A DNA stretch of 63,408 nt, filler included, from Octopus bimaculoides (lineage: Eukaryota): NCBI RefSeq assembly GCF_001194135.2. It is 5 parts of 5 records of this genome, joined end to end, with 100 filler letters (N's around TTAATTAATTAA, not from the genome) between each part and the next. Parts side by side here need not be neighbours in the genome. Positions count along the whole stretch, not along the records: positions 1 to 31,751 come from NC_069007.1; 4 more parts are not named here. One strand, 5' to 3'. The notes beneath the pieces are model-generated. The model was not told the origin of the DNA and did not search any database. It worked only from the letters and a program-made list of their open reading frames with translations. A program made the translations under genes and the position numbers. Shown piece after piece: positions 1 through 12,167 of this stretch. Each line of letters opens with the position of its first letter. Within the stretch, counting starts at the first letter, position 1.

Positions 1-534
1 TATGAATGTATGCATGTAGACATGCATATATATGCGTGTGTGTGTGTATGTGTGTGCACGTGTGTATGTGTGTGAGTATATATGTATATATATATATATA
101 TATATAACAAGAAGTAAATTATAAATTATGTTTCTTTTGATTGGAAAAGACGAATATATATAGGACTGCCGGAGAGAAGTGCTCAAATGATATTGATTGA
201 GCCAGAGACACATATCAATAATATAATTTAAGAACAAACATTGAATTCAGGTTAACAAACTTTATATTTCCACGTATTTTCACAATTTCTTTCAAAGTGC
301 ACAGAGGAAGGTTCTTGATCAGAAATTGTAAAAAAAAAAATCTTTGTTCTTTCTTTCAATTTTTTCTCTTACTCTTTTTTAAAAATCTCATCATATCTAA
401 TTGTAAATATAATTCAGTACTGCTGGACTTTCAAAGTTTTTTTACAATTTGTGTGCACAGAACAGGGTTCTACAATAGAAATAGTAAAAGAAGACCTTTT
501 GTTTTCTTTCCAATATTTTCTCCTATCCTTTATT

Positions 535-955
535 CCTATATTTAGCTACAGGAAGAATTTATGAGAAAAACGTCCCCTTTTCTTTAGAATAACATAAATA
601 TTATTAGCGGGTTTAGCTTATATACGAAGGAATGGATTGTTAGGGGTCAGTTCATAGATGTCTATAGATAAAATTCGAGGTTGATGTTTACATTTGTATA
701 GTAAAGAAGGACATTTAGGGTTGCAGGCAAACACCCATTGTAGATATTGGTGTTTAGAGATTTAGACAAAACCCCATTATAGACAATGGTATTCAGGGAG
801 CTAGGCAAACAAACGGCTTGCGTTTAGGGAGCTTGAGGAATATTTATTATGGACAATGAGTATTTAGGGAGCTAGACAAACATTAATTATGAGAATTTAA
901 GTTAGGAGTGTTTCAGGAGATAGATAAACAATTATTAAAGACAATGTTGTATAGA
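535..955 (+). repeat. Left arm of inverted segmental repeat, containing degenerate 39-bp units
   Basis: ttagctacaggaagaatttatgagaaaaa...aataacataaatattatt...gtttagcttatata matches the reverse complement of 17600-17775. Units of type ctagacaaacacccattatagacaatggtatttagggag follow. Confidence 0.8.
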
Positions 956-1531
956 GAGTATGACGAAAGTTTCATTACAAATCATTACTTTACAGACAAG
1001 GAAGTTAATTTCAAACAAACTGAAAATTCAACATTTCCAGAACTTCACTGTCTGTTATCCAAGAGTTGAAATAGTTTAGACATCCTCTTTGATACTTATA
1101 CATCTGTTCATTTTCAATTCATTTTTTGTAGACTTTGCTGACAAAATTTTACACCATTAGGCTTCCACATCTTTAGCACATATTAATTTGCTCTGTTGGC
1201 AGTAATTTATTTTCGTCTGCTAGCTTTTTATGCCAGTCACCAAGAGATAATTGTTTGATGTGAATGTTGCTTGTATATTTATTTTCGCTTTGTGTTGTGA
1301 TACGAATGTGACTTCTATGATTAAAATTCTTTTATGTGAGGAATTTTATGGATTGTGCAAGTATTATCTTTTAGTATTTTTCTATCTAAGTATGTGTCAT
1401 ATAGAATTATGCTGTAAATGCATAGTGAGCCATCAAGAAAGTGTTGTTCAAGTATGTCCAAAGATGTGGAGTCTTGAAGGTGGTCCTTAATAGTTTGAGT
1501 TTACATACTTGTGACTAAGATTTGTGTTTTG

Positions 1532-1990
1532 GGGTTCATATCCTATATTATTAATTTTAGTTTATGGTCCCTTGTGATGCATTTTGTGTTGTGTTTTATA
1601 AAGCTTTTGATTATGTATTCATCTGTTTGTTACTTATATATTTGATTTTTATAATAAATTTTATGTTTGATTTGTGTATGTTCATTGGATTTTTGTTTTT
1701 GGGTTCATATCCTATATTATAAATTTTAGTTTATGGTCCCTTGNNNNNNNNNNNNNNNNNNNNNNNNNNNNNNNNNNNNNNNNNNNNNNNNNNNNNNNNN
1801 NNNNNNNNNNNNNNNNNNNNNNNNNNNNNNGGGTTCATATCCTATATTATTAATTTTAGTTTATGGTCCCTTGTGATGCATTTTGTGTTGTGTTTTATAA
1901 AGCTTTTGATTATGTATTCATCTGTTTGTTACTTATATATTTGATTTTTATAATAAATTTTATGTTTGATTTGTGTATGTTCATTGGATG
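1532..1990. repeat. About 169-bp tandem duplication spanning a gap
   Basis: gggttcatatcctatatta...gttcattggat starts at 1532, 1701 and 1831. Confidence 0.7.
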
Positions 1991-2244
1991 TATTCTTTGA
2001 TGTATTTGTTACTATTCCTCTCTACCTCAGTCTACTACTCTCTTGGAATAGACATTGTGAATTTCTTTCTCTTGTGCCTCACTTCTTAGTTTGAACTTGA
2101 CAAAGACAGACGTACAGTTGAAATATCGTTCAACTAATAAAAGATCTTACAATCGAATCACGCTCTTCGTCTTGACTGTTACCTTTGTGAAGAGTTTCGT
2201 CAATCCTTTTTAAAATATATTATTATTATTATTATTAATTATTA

Positions 2245-2458
2245 AGGCAGTGAGCAGATAGAATTGTTAGCATGCTGGGCAAAATGCTTAGTGATATTTT
2301 GTCTGCCACAACATTCTGAGTTCAAATTTTGCCGAGGTCAACTTTGCCTTTCATCCTTTTGAGGGCGATCAATTAAGTACCTGTTAAGTACTGAGGTCGA
2401 TGTAATCGGTTATCCTTCTCCCCCAAATTTCAGGCCTTGTGCCTATAATAGAAAAGAT
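2245..2458 (+). mobile_element. tRNA-derived SINE, family A (Meta-domain-like core)
   Basis: B-box-like gttcaaatt, then gaggtcaactttgcctttcatcc...taagtacc. At least 13 further copies: about 15494-15700(-), 15727-15890(-), 21795-21933(-), 21936-22150(-), 24777-24960(+), 29470-29660(-), 36545-36710(+), 37245-37470(+), 40670-40785(-), 41315-41455(+), 45100-45292(-), 45335-45500(-), 54250-54460(+). Confidence 0.85.
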
Positions 2459-3040
2459 TATTATTGTTATTATCATCATCGTTATTGTTATTAGACAATA
2501 TGAAGACTACGGTGGATTCACTATTAGGCAGTGAAGTGTAGGATAATTTCAGGGTACATCGATAAAAGATAGAGGAGTACTTATGGTGAGGAGCAAAGTC
2601 AGAATCAATGATAGTAAAAAAGGTCCTGGATAAGCTCTTAACATTTAAGGAGAAAGGGGTAGTACTAAAGTAGGGTTCCCCCCCAGCTTTTATTAGGTAA
2701 TCTGGGGTGGAGGATCATGTTTCCTAGTTGGTATTGAGGATTCTGTTCTATGTATAGGGTTGAATTTTGCACGGGTATTGTAGGGGTGTGCGAGAGGTGG
2801 CGGAATATGTTGCCGTTTACGCTTTTTACAGTTCCTAGTAAAGGGTTGAGTATCCCTCTCAACTGTGAGGGATGTTGCCTTCATGCTTTTAGGGTATGTT
2901 GACTTGGAGCTGGGTAGTTCTTAAGCCTAGTGTTAGATAGGAACATTATTTTTGCAAGAAGCCACTAGCTGCAAGTGTTCGATTGTAATAGGTGGCATGG
3001 TTATGGAGTATTACCTCGGTTGTGGATAGATTAACTAATC

Positions 3041-3129
3041 TCTCTCCGATGATGGAATATCAACATTTGGAATCTTCACTCGACACAATGTTCCAATAGC
3101 TGGGATATCCTAGAAACAGCTGTCAGAGA
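3041..3129 (+). ncRNA. Type-I hammerhead ribozyme-like motif, core variant CCGAUGA
   Basis: Stem I tctct/agaga; stem II tggaatatc/gatatccta (1 mismatch); GAAA; palindromic stem III ACAGCTGT; GUC triplet. Confidence 0.6.
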
Positions 3130-4538
3130 CTATCTAAACCTTTTATTATATACCTTAATTAAATGTTCTTGTCAAGTCTTGCCAAACTGTTTGCCTTTTC
3201 TTTTCAGATTTAATATATATATATGCGTGTGCGCGCTTGTGTTTGTATGTGCGCGCTTGTGTGTGTGTGTGTGTGCGCGCGCTTGTGTGTGTGTGTGTGT
3301 GTGTGCGCGCGCTTGTGTGTGTGTGTGTGTGCATGTGCGCGCGCGCTTGTGTGTGTGTGTGTGTGCGCGCGCGCGCTTGTGTGTGTGTGTGTGTGTGCTG
3401 TGTATCAGATGTGATTTTAGTTTGTCTGGAGCTATAATAGATGGTATTTGTCCAAAGCGCTACAAAGTGGGATTCAACCTAAAACCACATGATTTCTTAA
3501 TCAAACAGTAACGTCTGCACTTACATAGGTTGATCAATAAGTATCCGGACTGTTGCTATATTAACGAACCTAAAGCACACAGAGTAAAGCCGCTTGGCAC
3601 AGACTGACCTTGAACTCTACTGTGCGTACTTTAGCTTCATTATTATAGCAAAAGGCCGAATGCTTATTGATCAGACCTCGTATATATGAAATAGAAAATA
3701 TTTTATATACATTTCAGATATATCCTTAACCAAACAACCATAATTTGGGCCCAGAATTGAGTTACTCATCTAGAATCAGTCATTAACAATTTGTGAGGTA
3801 TTTACTTTTTACTTTCTACTTCCTGGGTCTGAAGCTAGAGACAGTTCCCATGGCCATTCCCGACCTTTCTCAATTGGTGTGTTTCAAATCTGGTGGTAAA
3901 ATGTTATCTGAAATTTCATCCACTAGATTGAAATTTCATCCAACTGATATAGTTTAACTTTCTTCCTCAAACGTTTTTACTTTCATTAAACACCAGCAGT
4001 CAAATCCCACCCAATTCCACATTCCATAAACAACAATATTAAGAAAACAGACATTTATATTTCTATATTTTAGCCAAGATTCATGCTATGTATGTTCCTC
4101 TTGAAGTTACAATGTTTTAGCAGAAGATAGGACCAGGAAGAGAATTAAAACTCTTACAAGACTTGTTTGCTCTAAAATATTCATACGATATCACGTGAAC
4201 AAATGTATGGTTCACCATTGTTTTGAAATAACATTCAATATAATAAATCAAATATATGTACGCAGTTTCTTCCTGGAAATCTTCTTTGTTTTAAAAAAGA
4301 AAAGATATTGGTCAGAAGTAGAAAATAAAATCTTTTCTAAACAGTTTACCAACAGCGTTAAATTTGATCTGTTAAATTGAAATTTCACCCAAGCGATATA
4401 TATTAATTTCCTTCCTTGAACATTTTTATTTTCATTAAACACCAGCAATTAAATCGAACACACTTTCACATTCCACCAACAACAATATTAACAAAGCATT
4501 TACATTTTTAAAGTTTAGCCAGGAACATTTTATCTAAC

Positions 4539-4661
4539 ATGGCTGGTGTAGTTCATCCTGTTGTCATTGATAATGGATCACATACATGTACAGCTGGCTT
4601 TGGAGGTGATTATGAACCAAAAATTGTCATTCCTTCAGCAGTTGGTTATCCTATATCTTCA
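4539..4661 (+). CDS. Actin-like gene coding exon 1
   Basis: Missed by the ORF track (<60 aa). Aligns to actin [31 protein letters not shown]; canonical GTAAGT donor. Confidence 0.88.
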
Positions 4662-6403
4662 GTAAGTTGATTACAACTTGAATCTCTAATTGTACACACA
4701 CACAACTTGATCATAATGATCCTTGTTTTAATGTCTTCTTTTCCATATTTGCTTGGGCCAGGTAGAATTCTTCATGATGGATATTCTACACTGATACCTT
4801 TAATGTCAGGCTATCCTTCACCTTTTTCCAAATATCATACAGCTGCTGCTCTAATATGAAGAACATTATAACTTGTAAAAGTCTGCAAGAGCCTACCCAC
4901 TTGACCAGGCATGTACAACAAACTCTGTAATATATGAGGTATTACAGAAAAATTACATTGGGTTATGTGAAGGGTGAATTCAACAGACGTTGTGCAAACC
5001 ATCTATTTTCTTTCAGGCACAATGATAAAAGTAATGCAACTAAATTGGTTAGCCATGTATGGAATTTGAAGAGCAGCTCCACACCACACACAGTTAAGTG
5101 GAGAAATTCAAGCCATATGTTAATGGATCTAAGAAATGCAGATCTGAAATTTTGAACAGATGTAGACACATGGACAGGTTTATTTTATTGAATCGGAGGG
5201 TACCACCTACTCTGGATTGAGTTGCTGTCTCGCAAACTTTGACATATTTTCTGTTATTTTGTTCTAAACCAATTGTAATTAATGAGCTTTCTGCAATCAG
5301 GGAAGGATGATGATATTAGTTTTTTTGATTTCATTTCATTTTTCTTATTCCACTTTTTTCATGTTTTTTTCCCACATTTTTTCTTATTTTCTCACTGTCC
5401 AGTTTCCTTGATTTTAAAATATACTAGACTACCCATGACCCATTGGGTTACTTGGAGACTCAGTTTCCCAGCAACAGGGTTTTGTTTCGCGGGTGTTTTC
5501 TTTTCCAGGTTATTTCGCATGCTTTCAACAAATGTGACATCAAAATCACATGTAAATGGCTCCTTTCCTCCAGAAAAGGAAAGATTTGGCTGCTATTTCT
5601 TGCACGTCCTGCTACCACGTAACAGGTATGCCGGATCCTTTATCTCAAATAGCTGTTATGTAGTAGCAGGGCGTGCCAGAAATAGCTGCCAAATCTTTGG
5701 GTGATATAACGTTAAATGCACTCGAAAAATACCTAGGTAAAAAAACTATTTCACACCAGGGTCACGAAGTTCATGATATATATGTCTATGTATGTATGTA
5801 TGTGAGCATTTATGTATGTATGTGAGCATTTATGTATGCGTGTAGATGTGTCTGCATGTGTGTATATGTGTATGTATATGTAAACGTATGTTTATGTACT
5901 GATATGTGTGTCTGTTCAAGTTGTATATATGACCGTTACTCTGTTGAAGGTTGTATGTATATATATTTATTCTAAAAAAATTTTTAAATCGTATTTTTCG
6001 TTGTCAAATCAGTCTAATCGAAAGATTAAACTTCCTTCCCTTTTAGGATGAAGTTAAATTCGGAACATTTTTACATTATGCACTGTTTTGGGTATTTCTA
6101 CCCCAAACCCCGAATATCTCAATAACTACTGCTTCAATTTATGTGAAATTTGTTTCATTCCATTCCTATTAACATGTCATGATAAACTTCATTCATAATA
6201 TTTTCCCATTGTGTGCCAGTTTGCCCGGGTACCATTGCAAGCAGGCCAGATTGAAACTAATTTTTCATGTATTATAGATATATAATGCATAAAAAAACCT
6301 GGAAGATTGCTTTAAGACACATTGCTTACTTAATAAATATGTCTGTTCAAGTATCATAAAAGCAGAAAAGTATTAGTAGCTCTTTCGGTTGTGTATTAAA
6401 TTG

Positions 6404-6446
<43 letters not shown>

Positions 6447-7134
6447 CATATGTGTGTATGTATGTATGTATATATATATATATANNNNNNNNNNNNNNNN
6501 NNNNNNNNNNNNNNNNNNNNNNNNNNNNNNNNNNNNNNNNNNNNNNNNNNNNNNNNNNNNNNNNNNNNNNNNNNNNNNNNNNNNNNNNNNNNNNNNNNNN
6601 NNNNNNNNNNNNNNNNNNNNNNNNNNNNNNNNNNNNNNNNNNNNNNNNNNNNNNNNNNNNNNNNNNNNNNNNNNNNNNNNNNNNNNNNNNNNNNNNNNNN
6701 NNNNNNNNNNNNNNNNNNNNNNNNNNNNNNNNNNNNNNNNNNNNNNNNNNNNNNNNNNNNNNNNNNNNNNNNNNNNNNNNNNNNNNNNNNNNNNNNNNNN
6801 NNNNNNNNNNNNNNNNNNNNNNNNNNNNNNNNNNNNNNNNNNNNNNNNNNNNNNNNNNNNNNNNNNNNNNNNNNNNNNNNNNNNNNNNNNNNNNNNNNNN
6901 NNNNNNNNNNNNNNNNNNNNNNNNNNNNNNNNNNNNNNNNNNNNNNNNNNNNNNNNNNNNNNNNNNNNNNNNNNNNNNNNNNNNNNNNNNNNNNNNNNNN
7001 NNNNNNNNNNNNNNNNNNNNNNNNNNNNNNNNNNNNNNNNNNNNNNNNNNNNNNNNNNNNNNNNNNNNNNNNNNNNNNNNNNNNNNNNNNNNNNNNNNNN
7101 NNNNNNNNNNNNNNNNNNNNNNNNNNNNNNNNNG

Positions 7135-7217
<83 letters not shown>

Positions 7218-8358
7218 TTGTCTATGTGATCTCAAATTTTAAAACAAACATAATTTTCTTATGGTTTCTTAAACATTCACTAGAACAACACTGTACAAAT
7301 CCAAATATATGGTACCCTAGGTATAACACCTACATGAACTTCTAACTTGTTGTCTCTTGAGGTCTCTGGGTGAGACTTGGATCCAACATGTACAAATGCA
7401 AAGCAAAAGTCAAACATAAAATAATAATAATTTTAGGGAATAAAATCCAAACTTACAGGGAAAAAAATTCAATCTAACAAAACTTCCAAATATAAAATAT
7501 ATGTATATAATTCAGAGAAAAACCACTATTAAATAACTCAGTAATGAAGAATATAATTCATACCCTCCAGACAATAAATATATCATAAACACCTTATTCT
7601 AAAAATACAATAAAGTACATTAAAAAATAACTAGTAAATGGTATACGAATGACTACGCACGTTTCATGGCTATATTTTCAAATGGTTAACTAATAAAACC
7701 AATTCGATTATTAATTCTATTAATAATCAAATCGATCTATAATTAAATCTATTCAAAAATATAGCCACTCGTCAGGTCTAAAATAAAATAAAGATAATAA
7801 TAATAATAAAACCAATTTACGTATTGTAACTTATAATAAATATTAAATAAATATATATTAAAAAAATACTTATTTTAACAATGAATAAACAAATGATCGA
7901 AAAACATTTAACAATATTTCTTAAAATAAAATTATAACTTATCTTTTCGAAGAATTGCAGTTAAACGTGTGTGTATGTGTGTGTGTGTGTGTATATATGT
8001 ATGCATGTATATATGTGTATATATATGTGTACATATGACATGTACATCTATATATATACATCTACATATATATATCTATACATATACATCTATACCTATA
8101 CAGCTATACATATGCATGTATACATACATATATACTCACAGTGGGACTGAACCCTGGACCATGTTTTGGAACCAAGCTTCGTACCACACAGCCACACCTA
8201 CACATATGTATGTGTGTTTGTGTGTGTGTGTATGAGTGTATATATGTATGCATGTATATATGTGTATACATATGTGTAAATATTATATGTACATCTATAT
8301 ATATATACATGTGTATGTATATATATATACATCTATATGTATACATTTGTGCAGATGT

Positions 8359-8405
<47 letters not shown>

Positions 8406-9707
8406 NNNNNNNNNNNNNNNNNNNNNNNNNNNNNNNNNNNNNNNNNNNNNNNNNNNNNNNNNNNNNNNNNNNNNNNNNNNNNNNNNNNNNNNNNNNNNNN
8501 NNNNNNNNNNNNNNNNNNNNNNNNNNNNNNNNNNNNNNNNNNNNNNNNNNNNNNNNNNNNNNNNNNNNNNNNNNNNNNNNNNNNNNNNNNNNNNNNNNNN
8601 NNNNNNNNNNNNNNNNNNNNNNNNNNNNNNNNNNNNNNNNNNNNNNNNNNNNNNNNNNNNNNNNNNNNNNNNNNNNNNNNNNNNNNNNNNNNNNNNNNNN
8701 NNNNNNNNNNNNNNNNNNNNNNNNNNNNNNNNNNNNNNNNNNNNNNNNNNNNNNNNNNNNNNNNNNNNNNNNNNNNNNNNNNNNNNNNNNNNNNNNNNNN
8801 NNNNNNNNNNNNNNNNNNNNNNNNNNNNNNNNNNNNNNNNNNNNNNNNNNNNNNNNNNNNNNNNNNNNNNNNNNNNNNNNNNNNNNNNNNNNNNNNNNNN
8901 NNNNNNNNNNNNNNNNNNNNNNNNNNNNNNNNNNNNNNNNNNNNNNNNNNNNNNNNNNNNNNNNNNNNNNNNNNNNNNNNNNNNNNNNNNNNNNNNNNNN
9001 NNNNNNNNNNNNNNNNNNNNNNNNNNNNNNNNNNNNNNNNNNNNNNNNNNNNNNNNNNNNNNNNNNNNNNNNNNNNNNNNNNNNNNNNNNNNNNNNNNNN
9101 NNNNNNNNNNNNNNNNNNNNNNNNNNNNNNNNNNNNNNNNNNNNNNNNNNNNNNNNNNNNNNNNNNNNNNNNNNNNNNNNNNNNNNNNNNNNNNNNNNNN
9201 NNNNNNNNNNNNNNNNNNNNNNNNNNNNNNNNNNNNNNNNNNNNNNNNNNNNNNNNNNNNNNNNNNNNNNNNNNNNNNNNNNNNNNNNNNNNNNNNNNNN
9301 NNNNNNNNNNNNNNNNNNNNNNNNNNNNNNNNNNNNNNNNNNNNNNNNNNNNNNNNNNNNNNNNNNNNNNNNNNNNNNNNNNNNNNNNNNCCCAGGACTG
9401 ATTCACCTCCCTATTTCTAAGGACCTCAACATTTTTACTGCTGCCTCTCCACTTCATTCTTACATCTGACTCATGTCTTCATCCCTAAGAGACCCCCCCT
9501 CCCCATTATCCCTATGATTGCCACACCACTTCATTTCCAGTACTGACCAACCCTTTCATATCTAATATTGCTCCAACTCTGCCTTTCTAAGACTGGCTCA
9601 CTTCTTCATCCTTAAGACTGGCCACCCAATTCAGCCCCTAATAGCTACAAATTCTCTACAAAACTCTAATGAGACCTTGTTGGAGTACAATTTCCATGTC
9701 TAAGATG

Positions 9708-9738
<31 letters not shown>

Positions 9739-11578
9739 CACACGCACACACACACACACACACACATCACAAACCACTCCATCAGAAAAACCACCTGACT
9801 AATTAGCATGAAGTTACTCATCAACACCCCCTACTAGTCTCTAGCCCACATATATATTCCGTGTCCACCTAGCACCTTTCTGATCCCTATGTTCCATCCT
9901 CTCCTACCCAACCAACATTTGAACCTTGGACCTCTGGAATTTTCGCTCTTCACATGTTTTCCCTCCATCTATCGACTTTCAAATGCTCAAGAGAAACATT
10001 AACCCTGTTAATCTCACTGATTCTTAGGGTGGCAAGTAATATTCATAAACACAAGCCCCCTTCTTCTGGACCAATAACAAAAGACCCTTCCAATATTTGG
10101 GTGTCATGTCATATTCTTCAGCTCAGATCTGGCATAATTTGTATATTTCATGTCTCTAATTAAGACAATATTGATTTCTAACATTGACCCAAGACTCAGC
10201 TTTTAAAGAGAATGAACTAGATTAAAACAATACATACTTGGTTGGTGTTTACTTTTATTGAGCCCAGAAATATGAAATGTGCTCTTGACTCTGGTAGAAT
10301 TTGAACTCAGAACATATACTTTTGCAACTAAGTACTATTTTGACAGAATCTGTTATATACTCATAATAACTGTTGCATGGAGGAATGTTCTGGATAGGAT
10401 TTTACTTACTTAAGAAACAGTGAAAACACATTCACTCATTTATTTCAAACTTTAACAGAAAGATATGATTGGACTAATCATGGGATATTATAGTATTTAA
10501 TATGGGATATTGTAGGATTAGTTATCAAAATTCCATAATTCATGTAATTCTTTCTATAATTCCTAACATCTCAACAAATTGAATTAACCAACTTTCAAGA
10601 ATTCTTATTATATTTCAGGGTGGAGTGATTGGAAATGAACTCAAAGACTACTTCAACAAAAAGGACTTTGATTACAAGATTGATCTTGATTTGAAGTATC
10701 CTATTGAACGTGGTATTATTACCAACTGGGATGAGATGGAGAAGATTTGGCAGTATATATTCCAGAAGTTGGAAGTTGCACCTGAAGAAAGCTCTATCGT
10801 GTTGACTGAGGCTATTTGTAACTCCAAAGACAACAGAGAAGAAATGGCCAAAATTATGTTTGAAAAGTTTAACGCTCGCACATTATGTATTACTAATCAG
10901 GCTTCATTGTCAGTTTGTTCTTCTGGTTTTGCCACAGGTATCTCTGTGAGTGTAGGTCATGGTATCACCCAAATTGTCCCTGTCTATAAAGGGTCAATTA
11001 TACAAGATGCTGCTGTCCAGTGGGAGTTTGGTGGTCAGGACATGACAGATTACCTTACGAGGATGTTGATTCAATGTGGCTGTTCCTTTGACAGTCATTC
11101 TCAAACGGAAACTGTCCGTAACATCAAAGAGAAGTGCTGTTATGTTGCTCCAGACTTTGAACAGGAATTGCAGACTACAGCCTCTGAGAAATATAAATTA
11201 CCTAACAAAAAAGTCATTACCATTGGCAAAGAAAGACTCCGAACACCAGAAGTTATGTTCCAGCCAAGTTTAATTGGTGATGAATCTGATGGCATTCATA
11301 AACGGATTTATAACTCAATCTTGAAATGTGACAATGCTATTAGGAAAGACATGTTTGACAACATTGTATTGTCTGGTGGTTCAACAATGTTCAAAGGTTT
11401 TGCTGAGCGTATGTTAAAGGAAATCAGATCCATCACAGCAGAGACCACAAAGATTAAGGTCATTCCTCCAACAGGATGGTGGCCTGGAAATGCAAAATTT
11501 ACTTCTCTGCTTACCTCTAATGACATGTCGATTAACAAAGAAGAATTTGATGAACAAGGCCTATATAATTTTCATTAA
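4539..11578 (+). CDS. Divergent actin-like protein, spliced join(4539..4661,10619..11578), 360 aa
   Basis: Exon 1 ATG at 4539 gives MAGVVHPVVIDNGSHTCTAGFGGDYEPKIVIPSAVGYPISS (41 codons, actin P1 loop DNGS), followed by GTAAGT at 4662. Acceptor tatttcAG ends at 10618, with CTAAC at 10563. Exon 2 starts GGT GGA in frame with ORF 10625..11578 (LKYPIERGIITNWDEMEKIW, LTEA, IKEKCCYVA, IVLSGGSTM). Phase-0 intron at the position conserved in animal actins. ATTAAA overlaps the stop. Confidence 0.9.
4925..5110 (+). mobile_element. Penelope-like GIY-YIG endonuclease remnant
   Basis: YYRKITLGYVKGEFNRRCANHLFSFRHNDKSNATKLVSHVWNLK resembles the PLE endonuclease pattern FK.R..NH..SF.....N.T.LS.HVW.LK; frameshifted. 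Confidence 0.6.
7134..7218. repeat. (AAT)n microsatellite
   Basis: About 27 units; similar tracts at 29045-29120, 29325-29375, 31412-31480, 40548-40605. Confidence 0.95.
7219..7425 (+). mobile_element. 3' end of an R4/Dong-like LINE embedded in (TAA)n
   Basis: tctatgtgatctc ORF end, 3'UTR, then AAT tail; flanked on both sides by TAA repeats. Family assignment is from recall, not alignment. Confidence 0.5.
7651..7778 (-). ncRNA. Complete type-I hammerhead ribozyme motif in a Penelope-like terminal repeat
   Basis: Minus strand: gac-CTGACGA-gtggctatatttttgaa...tttgaaaatatagccat-GAAA-cgtgcg-TA-gtc. Canonical core, about 17-bp stem II, ACG/CGT stem III, GUA triplet, 3-bp stem I. Confidence 0.8.
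9850..10060 (+). mobile_element. Decayed L2/CR1-type LINE 3' end
   Basis: HVFPPSIDFQMLKRNINPVNL-like translation, typical of L2/Crack C-termini; frameshifted. Confidence 0.4.
10619..11578 (+). CDS. Actin-like gene coding exon 2
   Basis: 319 uninterrupted codons, collinear with actin residues about 42-371. Confidence 0.93.
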   Translation, partial: GGVIGNELKDYFNKKDFDYKIDLDLKYPIERGIITNWDEMEKIWQYIFQKLEVAPEESSIVLTEAICNSKDNREEMAKIMFEKFNARTLCITNQASLSVCSSGFATGISVSVGHGITQIVPVYKGSIIQDAAVQWEFGGQDMTDYLTRMLIQCGCSFDSHSQTETVRNIKEKCCYVAPDFEQELQTTASEKYKLPNKKVITIGKERLRTPEVMFQPSLIGDESDGIHKRIYNSILKCDNAIRKDMFDNIVLSGGSTMFKGFAERMLKEIRSITAETTKIKVIPPTGWWPGNAKFTSLLTSNDMSINKEEFDEQGLYNFH

Positions 11579-12167
11579 AAATATATGTAATATGTTTAAT
11601 GTGTCATTATCAGATACACACACACACATATATGTATGTGTATGTATATACATATACATACATACATACATACATATATAGCAAGTCTCATAGGCCAGTG
11701 TTAATTGTTAACTACTAAACTTTCAGATCCTCAGTGACAATCACCAGGGGATATTAAGGAACACCTACTAGCCCTTTCAATATCAACCCACCTGAGACAA
11801 CCCCCTGCTTCTATGTTAAAATGTTTCTATTTTAAAGTGAGTTCCATTAGAAACTTCCATGTTAATTTATGTTCAAAACACCAGCATCATAACGACAAAG
11901 TTATTTTACTAAATACTTATTTTGAAAATTAATTTTAACAAAACCAGTTTATTTTATCAATTAAAATTTATTAAATTCTTCCTTATTTTCTAAATTAACA
12001 GAAACAAACTTAAGTTGTTTCAATAGAAGTATGATATCAAAAGTGCTAATAATGACAAAGTTATTTTATGAAATTCTTCATTATTTTTGTATGTTAACAA
12101 ATGGTTTAAGTTAGTATTCACGTATTCTGTCTGCAATATTCCAATCTGGAACCTATTTATATTATTA

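Noticed and set aside
520-545. Target-site duplication for the putative 17-kb inverted-repeat element
   Set aside because: Only a 3-nt TAT coincidence in AT-rich flanks, and the outer boundary itself is uncertain.
4150-4240. LKYSYDIT*TNVW as a decayed actin exon (cf. LKYPIE..IITNW)
   Set aside because: Too short, contains a stop, and flanks show no further similarity.
6389-9469. Long ORFs rich in X, CV, YI or HT (here and throughout the track)
   Set aside because: Translations of N gaps and dinucleotide microsatellites.
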